Assembly (NCBI RefSeq): GCF_001194135.2
Contig: NC_068998.1
Span: forward strand, 45,333,843-45,392,041
Origin: Octopus bimaculoides
Taxonomy: Eukaryota
DNA length: 58,199 bases
Direction of reading: 5' to 3'
The notes beneath the pieces were generated by a model that made no database searches, had not been told where the DNA came from, and saw only the letters and a list, made by a program, of their open reading frames with translations. This document shows positions 49,335 to 58,199 of this stretch, one piece after another (the first letter of the stretch is position 1; each line of letters begins with the position of its first letter). The position numbers and the translations under genes are program-made.

Positions 49335-49742
49335 TTTCTTTTGTTTTCACTTGTTTCGTTCACTCATTAGACTGTGGCCATGCTGGGGCATCACCTTGAA
49401 GAACTTACTACAAAGAAATTGACCCCAGTACTTAAATTATATTTTTTTTAAAGCCTGGTGATTATTCTATTGGACTCTTTTGCTGAACTGCTAAGTTACA
49501 GGAACATAAACACACCAGTACTGCTTGTCAAGCAGTGGGGATGGGGTACAAACATAGACACAAAGATACACACACACACATACACACATGTATATATTTG
49601 ACAGGTTTTTTTCAGTTTCCATCTACCAAACCCCCTCATAAGACATTGGTCTGCCCAAGGCTACAGTAGACAGTGCCATAGAATGAGACCAAACCTGGAA
49701 CCATGCAAGTGGGAAGCAAATTTCTTACCACACAGCCATGCC
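49335..49742 (-). mobile_element. Family-A SINE
   Basis: Collinear with 5393-5818. Confidence 0.85.
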
Positions 49743-50342
49743 ATATATTTTTTATAGGAACATCTATGTTTTCAACCTGAAAGTTTTCCTAGTTAAGTGA
49801 AATTATCTAATTCTATCAGAGATATGTTTTGAAGGCCCCTGAGACTCAAACAACTATCAATCAAAAGAAATTCTTATTCATTGTTGTTCCTTTACTTTTG
49901 GTTGTTGTTGTGGTTGTCGGAAGCTCCTTGCAAATACTACTAGAGTGATATAGCTTTATCTCTTATGTTATTGCCTTTATTGCTTTTGTCTCTCTTTATT
50001 AGTATTTATGCTGTATTAGCTAGTAGCGATCTTTTGATGAATAGACAAAGATTTTTGTGAATGATTTGACAAGTTAATAAATAGTCCCAAGATCAGATTG
50101 GTTTCTACACAAATTAAAATAATTATTCAAAGTATTATTTATTTTGTTTACAAAACAGCAGTTTATCATTATTTTATAAAACTAAATAAATTTGCTTTCT
50201 TATTATTATTTCTATTCATTTTGTTTGGAAAAGTAAACCTTTTTTATTAGTTGTCAACTGATGTAAAACTCTTATGAAGAAATAGCCCCATCATATTGAT
50301 TTGTGTCAGTCCATTAGTCATTTAAATTTGCTATATTCTCAT

Positions 50343-50378
<36 letters not shown>

Positions 50379-50622
50379 CATACTATGAGAATATAGCAAA
50401 CTTATGTATATAACACATCCATTATATATATATATATATATATATATATNNNNNNNNNNNNNNNNNNNNNNNNNNNNNNNNNNNNNNNNNNNNNNNNNNN
50501 NNNNNNNNNNNNNNNNNNNNNNNNNNNNNNNNNNNNNNNNNNNNNNNNNNNNNNNNNNNNNNNNNNNNNNNNNNNNNNNNNNNNNNNNNNNNNNNNNNNN
50601 NNNNNNNNNNNNNNNNNNNNNN

Positions 50623-50688
<66 letters not shown>

Positions 50689-51442
50689 TGTATCTATATT
50701 CATTGGTTCTTTGGTTTTCTGTATTGATTAAATTACTGCTGTAAAAATTGTTATATTGCGTTGAGAAATAATTCTATTTATCTAAACAATTTGGTTCTCT
50801 GAGATCTTAAAGGAGACATCAAAGTATGTTTAATATCTATGATTTTTTCTCCTTTGCATCAAAGTTCTTTGTGTGTGCCTGGTTTCTTAGTGAAGGAATT
50901 GTCTTTGAAAGAGTTGTTGATAACAGTGCCATCATATGGTAGGGGGGTTTAGTCATCTTCTTGGAATACAATATACTGCGTACCTTATAGAAATTATAAT
51001 AAATTTCTACTTTAGTTTTCTACTAATATCAAATAAGCTATGGTCCAGAGGATTTTAACAATTGAAGTTACTTTATGAACTTAATAAGTACATTGGCATT
51101 TAAACATATCAAGTAATGCTGTATGGGATAGAAACCTTTAAAGATTTTGGTTAGAGCCCTTCATCAGAGACAGATATATGTTTTTTTATGGTATGGAATA
51201 AATATATTAGGTGTAGGGAGACAGATCATCATGCCAAACCAATTTACTTCACTTTGACTAGACTTACTATCTTCTTATGCAGACCATCACTATTTTTATT
51301 GTATCCTACTTTATGCTGAATTGCGTAAGTATATGTCAGCTTTTCTCAGACGATAACAGTCCACAAATTTGGTGCTTACCCCCTAGTTATTACGGATTTT
51401 AAATAAATATTAAATTTTATTAGATATTAGTTCACCATAGAG

Positions 51443-51830
51443 TGGAGGCGCAATGGCCCAGTGGTTAGGGCAGTGGACTCGTGGTCATAGGATCGCGGTT
51501 CCGATTCCCAGACCGGGCGTTGTGAGTGTTTATTGAGCGAAAACACCTAAAGCTCCACGAGGCTCCGGCAGGGGATGGTGGTGAACCCTGCTGTACTCTT
51601 TCACCACAACTTTCTCTCACTCTTACTTCCTGTTTCTGTTGTGCCTGTAACTCAAAAGGGTCAGCATTGTCACACTTTGCATCACGCTGAATATCCCCGA
51701 GAACTACATTAAGGGTACACATGTCTGTGGAGTGCTCAGCCACTTGCACGTTAATTTCATGAGTAGGCTGTTCCGTTGATCGGATCAACAGGAATCCTCG
51801 ATGCCGTAAGTGACGGAGTGCCAACAACAG
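51443..51830 (+). mobile_element. Well-preserved tRNA-derived SINE with Arg-like head
   Basis: GGAGGCGCAATGGCCCAGTGGTTAGGGCAGTGGACTCGTGGTCATAGGATCGCGGTTCCGATTCCCAGACCGGGCG carries A and B boxes; about 310-nt body; (CAA)n-like end. Confidence 0.92.
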
Positions 51831-53082
51831 TTCACCATAAATATGCCTGTGGGAGAAAGTGAACTCCAAACTTGAAGCTAACAAATCAACTGACAATTTT
51901 ACAGTATACAATTACATAATTAACGATTACAAACTAGGGTTACTAAGAATTGACTTTTGAAATTCTCATCTTGTTGTGGAAAAGTCTTTTGAACTCTTCT
52001 CACAATACTGGTGACAGATGTCACTATACAGTTTTCAATATTTTACATATCACTCTCCTAGTCATATCAATATATGGCTCCAATTTTCTCATGTATTTTC
52101 TGTTGACCCAAACAGTTTTAAATATTATAAGTGACATAATAACAATGTGCTCTCCTCCTACTTCCAGCATTGATAGCATTTATCCTACAGACTCAATAGC
52201 TTTTCATTCTTATTGTCTTACCTATTTCTTCTTTTGCTAGTTCTGTATGAACACACCATCCAAGATTTCTGATATTAATTTTGTATATTGTCAGAATTTT
52301 ATGTTAAGATGTTTTGAAATAACCTTTTCAACAGTGACATGTCTCAACTGTGTTTATATGTATATTAAAATCTTCGTCTCCATTTTTAAACCTAGCTAAG
52401 GCGCAGTAAATGTTATTTTTATAGTCAGACAGATAACTGTAAAGTAAAATAACCTCAAGAGCCCTTTTACTTCAATTTTGACTTTAAAAGTGTCTTCCAC
52501 ACAATCTGGTAGAAGCCCTTATGGATGAGGATAACAGCTATAGATGTATGTCCATAGACACTATAGCTGGATAATAGCACCTCTATAATTCTCATTGGGT
52601 GTATGGTGATGAGGGATAGCTTGCTGGCTGATGAGTTTGAAGTCTCTGTAGATCCAAGTCAAGCTTGAATGTTTTCCCCATTCTTTTGATATACTGAACA
52701 CACAACCCCAAATATCCATGATCTCTGATAAATTGAAAATATCTGCATAACAGTTAGATCAAAACATGTTTTTTAAAAAAAATGGTATAAAGTGTCATAT
52801 CCTGTCACTTAGCAAATATTTCAAAAACTGTTGCATTATATTTTTGTGAATATTTTATAAGATTCGTACTAAATAGTTATCAATATTCAGTATTTACGTC
52901 CTTCAAATTTATTACTTTTACTTATGGTAATAGTTTTTCATTTTAATTGATCGATGAGTCTGTAGCTTAGAGGGGTTTTTCCAGCTCATTTATGAAAACT
53001 GAGTAAAACATGAGGTAACTTTTTAATTACTATACACCAAGCTGTACTGTTATTGGAAAAGATATAAATATCAATTATGATA

Positions 53083-53280
53083 ATCCTTTCTAATATAAGC
53101 ACAAGGCCTGAAATTCAGGGGAAGGGTATAGTCAGTTACATTGACCCCCAGTGTTTCTTAATTTATCGACCCTGAAAGGATGAAAGGCAAAATTGACCTT
53201 TGCAGTATTTGAACTTAGAACATAGGAACAAATGAGTTCAAATATACTGCCAAGGTGGACTTTGCCTTTCATCCTTTCAG
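53083..53280. mobile_element. Family-B SINE (-, 53083-53222) followed by an inverted partial copy of its own core (+, 53233-53280)
   Basis: CTGAAAGGATGAAAGGCAAAATTGACCTTTGCAGTATTTGAACTTA pairs with TGAGTTCAAATATACTGCCAAGGTGGACTTTGCCTTTCATCCTTTCAG. Confidence 0.85.
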
Positions 53281-53650
53281 ATGCAAGAGGTACACTTTCT
53301 GCTAAAAAAAAAAAAAACAGAAAATATTGCTTATTGTCAGTACTGATTAAGAAGACCTCTCTAATCAAAAACAAGCAAGTTATGACAAGTTCATCTTATT
53401 CCTTCAGAAATATTGTATCTAGGACTACATTATCCAGTTTGGTCTTGCATATTTTTAAGTTAGTGGGGCATAATTTCTGGTAGATTTAGCTACTATTTCT
53501 AGTAGGCCAAGTGACAAGAAGAGGGTCCCCTCACTGGTGAATGTATTAGACCAAAGTACTGCAAGTGTTACTGTTATCTCTTAAATGGCTCTGGATATAG
53601 AAGAATATTGTACAACTTGGATCATTGAGAGATGAAAACTATTGGATATA

Positions 53651-54529
53651 TGTGGTCTGATCAATAAGTATCCGGATTGTTGCTATAGTAACGAAGCTAA
53701 ACTGCATAGAGTGAAGCTGCTTGGCATAGATTGACCTTGATCTCTACTGTGCATGAACACTAAGTTTTACCATTCTAGCTTCCTTCTGTTGTTTACAGCA
53801 GTGCTTGGAAGGAAGGTGTATAGCGTGTGATTGTCTCATTGATCATGACAGAGAAAGTTGAGTAGAGAATCTACATCAAATATCACCAAAAGCTTGGTGA
53901 TAAATGCTCAGGGGCCTACCTAAAGTTTTCAAAAAGTTTTCATTGTTCTCAACACAATCAAGGAGATCTTGTGCATCTGAAACCCGAGTAACATTTCAGT
54001 CAGCTAAAAGCAGTTTTGGCACAAATTTGTGTCTCATACACAAATCTTCAGGGATAATGAACTGAACTGATCTGCACATCCTCTGATAACTCACGAATGG
54101 TGATTCAATGATTTCTCCTCACAGCTGCATGCACATCTGTGATGTTTTTCTCAGTTATGCTGGTTGTGGGTCTCCCAGAACGTTCATCAATATCGACATT
54201 TTTTCGACCATCTTGGAAATGTCTGAACCAATCATACACTTGTGTGTGGCTCATATACTCCTCTCCATATACATTTTGCAACGTTGCTTAGGCCACTGAG
54301 CAGGTATCAATCACCATGACAACTTTCTGTGTCATGTTCAATGAGACAATCACACTTTACACACCTTCCTTCCAAGCACTGCTCTAAACTGTGGAAGTGA
54401 GCTAGAACAGTAAAACTTAGTGCACATGCACAGCAAAGTTCAAGGTCAATCTTTGCCAAGCAGCTTCACTTTGTGTGCTTTAGCTTTGTTACTATGGCAA
54501 CAGTCCTGATACTTATTGATCAGACCTCA
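53651..54529. mobile_element. Non-autonomous mariner (Tc1/mariner) derivative built from two inverted 5' ends
   Basis: TA on both sides and inverted arms of about 200 bp. The left arm carries MTEKVE*RIYIKYHQKLG from 53845. The right arm (minus, from 54335) reads LQNVYGEEYMSHTQVYDWFRHFQDGRKNVDIDERSGRPTT...ITIRELSEDV...KFVPKLL...DLLDCVENNENFLK, a mariner transposase N-terminal HTH region including the VP(K/H)xL motif. Confidence 0.92.
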
Positions 54530-55389
54530 TACATTGATTATATTAATTATACTGATAATAATTTATCAGTCATTTAATCTGTTGTATATCACAAACTAAC
54601 TGCCCACTCATAACTAATTATCTGCACTTGGACAAACCTAACTATACAGTTATCCAAGATCATTGCCCTCTTTGTGTCAAAATTACTGCTCTGAGAATTA
54701 GACTTAGAACTATGGAATCTCCATTCTAATTCATAAGTTTATTGACATTCGTTTTACTCTGTACTGACCAAATTGTAACAGTCGATGATTGTGGCAAGCA
54801 TAACACGAAGGGACAATTCTCAAATGGTTTACTGACACAACGTGTGATAAGCGGTCTCCGATGATATATAAATGATGTTAGATCGTTGTCCTATTAACCA
54901 AACAATCAACAGTTCAAAAGCTATCACAAACTCTGTTCTGCCTCTTGACACCTTGAAAAAGATGCACAACCCTAAATAGCACAGTAGTTGTAATTATAGG
55001 GAAGGCAATAGAGGTAGTGTGTAATTGCCAGGTGTTTCATTAGAATGCAATGTTAGTCTTAAATATTCTCATAGATTAATGGAAAAAGCATCGAGGAGTC
55101 AATCCAGTGTATTTACTTTTGAATTCCTATTTGAAAATGAAGACTTCAATGATACCTCAAAGACCCTATAATAGGTTCCAATACATTAGTTATAAAGAGA
55201 TAAAATACTTCATATGGAAATGTACTTCTCTACTGAGCGTCTCAGCCAGACGGAGTAGACAATTATTCAAATGGAATTACCATAAACTATTCATGAAAGC
55301 TAATATTTTCTTTTAATGATTCAAAAAATGGAAACACCCAATTTTTTTTTATTTTTTATATTTTTTTTTGAAACTGTTAGTTACTTGTA

Positions 55390-55419
<30 letters not shown>

Positions 55420-55420
<1 letters not shown>

Positions 55421-55785
55421 GGCGACAAGCTAGCAGAAACATTAGCATGCTGGGTGAAATGCTTAGTAGTATTTCATCTGCCTTTACGTTTTGAGTTCAA
55501 ATTCCACCGAGGTCGACTTTGCTTTCATCCTTTCAGGGTCAATAAATTAAGTACCAGTGAAACACTATCACCTCCACCAAAATGGCTGACCTTGTTTTTA
55601 TTATTATTAAGGAAGCAAGTTGGCAGAATCATTACGTTTTGAGTTCAAATTCCACCAAGGTCGACTTTTCCTTTCATCCTTTCAGGATCGATAAATTAAG
55701 TACAAGATACACACTGGGCTTGATGTAATTGACTAATCTACTCCCCAACAAAATTTCAGGCCTTGTACTCTTAGTAGAAAGGATT
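55420..55785 (+). mobile_element. Two tandem family-B SINEs after (ATT)n
   Basis: GGCGACAAGCTAGCAGAAACATTAGC... and GGCAGAATCATT...GAGTTCAAATTCCACC, separated by TTATTATTATT. Confidence 0.85.
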
Positions 55786-55791
55786 ATTATT

Positions 55792-56265
55792 GAGTGAGAA
55801 AGCAGTGCATGCCATCAAAGTGACACTAGGGGTAAAATATACAAAGCTCAGTATACTGATCATGACACTCATTTGATATTTAGGGTACACCAGGTACATG
55901 CATCACAACTATATGTGCACGACATGGTGATCTCATATCAAGATAAACAGCACTTGACCTTGCAGGTGGAGCCCAGTTAAATTTTTTTTCAGGTCAAGTA
56001 GCCCATCCCACTTAAAAAGTCCCTGTGTAAGGGTTGTTTAAGGATGTGGAATGAAACACCCATGTTTGCAAAGATGAGTTATCCAAACCCCAAAGAATTC
56101 CTTTCAACACATGGCTATGATACTCCCCAACTACTTCTGCTCATGGTCAGAGATGCACATATCATCAGCTACTAAGGGGCATGCTCAACTGGTTATGGTC
56201 AAACAACTGACAAGCAAATCTCTGTTATTGAGCAGAATATTTGCTGCAGCCCATGTTTTATACCA
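55792..56265 (+). mobile_element. Long non-coding dispersed repeat (retroposon-derived), 3'-truncated
   Basis: Higher GC than its flanks, bounded by (ATT)n on both sides, and overlapping the minus-strand fragment at 31583-31755. Confidence 0.6.
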
Positions 56266-56304
<39 letters not shown>

Positions 56305-56702
56305 GGTAGTGAGCAGACAGAATCGTTAGTATGCTGGATGAAATGCTTAGTGGTATTTTGCCTGTCACTATGTTCTGAGTTCAAATTCCACCGAGACTGA
56401 CTTTGCCCTTCAACCTTTCGGGGTTAATAAATTAAGTACCAGTGAAACACTAGGGTCAATGTAGTCAACTAATCCCCTCCCCTAAATTTCAGGCCTTGTG
56501 CCTATAGTAAAAATAATAATGATAATGATAATAATAGTCGTCATCATCGTCGCCGTCAGCATCGCCATTATTATTATTATGTTAGCGCAACAGACAAAAC
56601 ATTTAGCAGCAATTTGTCAGTCTATATGTTCTAAGTTCAAATGCTGCCAAGGTTGAGTTTGCTTTTCATCCTTTCAGAGTTGAAAAAATAAGTATCAGTA
56701 GA
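56305..56702 (+). mobile_element. Two further tandem family-B SINEs
   Basis: Family B motifs at 56305-56512 and 56580-56702, separated by (AAT)/(CAT)/(ATT) repeats. Confidence 0.85.
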
Positions 56703-58104
56703 GTATTGAACTCAATATATTTGTTGTTGTTGTTATGAACTAAATTTCTCACCATTCTCCTCAACCTGTTGAAATATTATAATAGGGAATTACATTAAAA
56801 AAAAAAGAAAAAAAAAATTGACATTTTATTCAATTAAAACTAATTGAACTACTCAGGAAACAATTTGTTTTCATGCAACTTTTCAAACTAAATAGTAACC
56901 TAAAATAAAATTGTACATTTGACACAAATCTTGGAAGATATTGACTCTTATGAGTTAAGTTATAACTAGAAATTCAATACAACATCTATAGAAAGGGTGG
57001 CAGTTAATATTACAACACCTGTTACTATCTATTGATTGAAAAACAGCTGTTTGGTTATCTATCCATTGTTGCATGGATGAGATAAGCTGGTGGTCAGGTT
57101 TGTCTTAATTAATTTACATTTCTTAATTATTTTTCTGGTTAATTTCTCTCACTAAATTCATTATTTTATTCACTTATCTTTTAACTTATTTTCTAGTAAA
57201 ATTATCATTCTGTAATGTCTTACAAGAGCAGAGTAAAGAGAGCAAAACACACACATATATATATCAATTAATAAATTAATGTTCACACCTCCTTGACACC
57301 AGTGCTTTTATCATACTGAACATTAGAACAGGTAAAATATATACTGAATTTTAACAATTGGTTATTCTACGACAGAGTAGAATCATGGAATATATATATA
57401 TATAAATTTTCACATGTATATGAGAAAAAGGGAGGGTGTGTGTGTGTATGGATGGTAGAGTTTATAATAGTAGGAGAATCAAAAATGTGTTTATGTAAAC
57501 ATGAGATATAGATATAATCTAACATTGAAAGCGAGAAATAGATTTATGATTTTATATCAGATAACAGTGGTATTAATATCATAGTAAATCTCCAGCACAC
57601 AGGGATGTCTTGAACACTGCTGTTCCCCATAATTAACTGATAAATATCACTAGTTATATATCCTTGTTTTTCTCTGTGATCTATCATAATTTAATGATAG
57701 CCTGATAACTCCTTGCACCTCTGATATATTTATACAAGCATAACGCTTGTAGTTAAGTGAACTGAAAAGACAACTAGGTTACATACAGCTTCTCTATTTA
57801 ACAGCTGCTAGTCTGTTGATAAGAAACTAGTGTAAATTGTCTATCTAAATCATATAATATCAACTGATATGTATTTTTACTTCATCTACATAAATCTGCA
57901 TAACACCTTACAGTGCATATAGTCACAATAATATACATATAAACTGTTCTTTCATTCTTTAAGTAGTGTAGTCATTGAACTGTAGCAATGCCTGGACATA
58001 GTACTTATTGCTGATATTTATTTTGTTAACCTGTATTTGTCGATGTAATGATACACAACATAAACGCTAACATGCACACAAGTATATGTATATATCTGTG
58101 AGTG

Positions 58105-58146
<42 letters not shown>

Positions 58147-58199
58147 TATACACACATGTATACATACACATATATACATACATATGTACATATATATAT

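Noticed and set aside
51443-51520. Functional tRNA gene (also the heads at 14800-14872, 29620-29690 and 6330-6410)
   Set aside because: Acceptor and anticodon stems are imperfect and each continues into a multi-copy SINE body. tRNAscan-SE would settle it.
51465-51911. 148-aa minus-strand ORF (and 47483-47803, 4022-4207)
   Set aside because: Antisense translations of GC-rich SINE bodies.

Overview
Eukaryotic, AT-rich, microsatellite-saturated scaffold with eight N-gaps, seven of which abut (TA)n tracts, as expected for a short-read assembly. The repeat families match what I recall of coleoid cephalopod (most likely Octopus) SINEs and a mariner derivative; the taxon is an inference from memory, not a search result. 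Most of the window is intron/intergenic DNA. It contains several dozen tRNA-headed and (ATT)n-/(GAT)n-tailed SINE copies, decayed RTE and RTE-X LINE 3' ends, a Penelope-like GIY-YIG remnant, a head-to-head mariner derivative, piggyBac- and hAT-like MITEs, minisatellites and hairpins. Nearly all supplied ORFs are artefacts of microsatellites or N-runs. The only reasonably supported host coding signal is a chain of small minus-strand exon candidates at about 7.7-16.8 kb, ending in a 53-codon terminal exon; I cannot name the protein. I find no convincing novel multi-gene system. The best leads are the unidentified spliced gene, orientation-locked SINE stacking in (ATT)n tracts, snap-back/inverted repeats that could be A-to-I editing substrates, the double-5'-end mariner, and a 30-bp minisatellite that varies like a decayed coding repeat.
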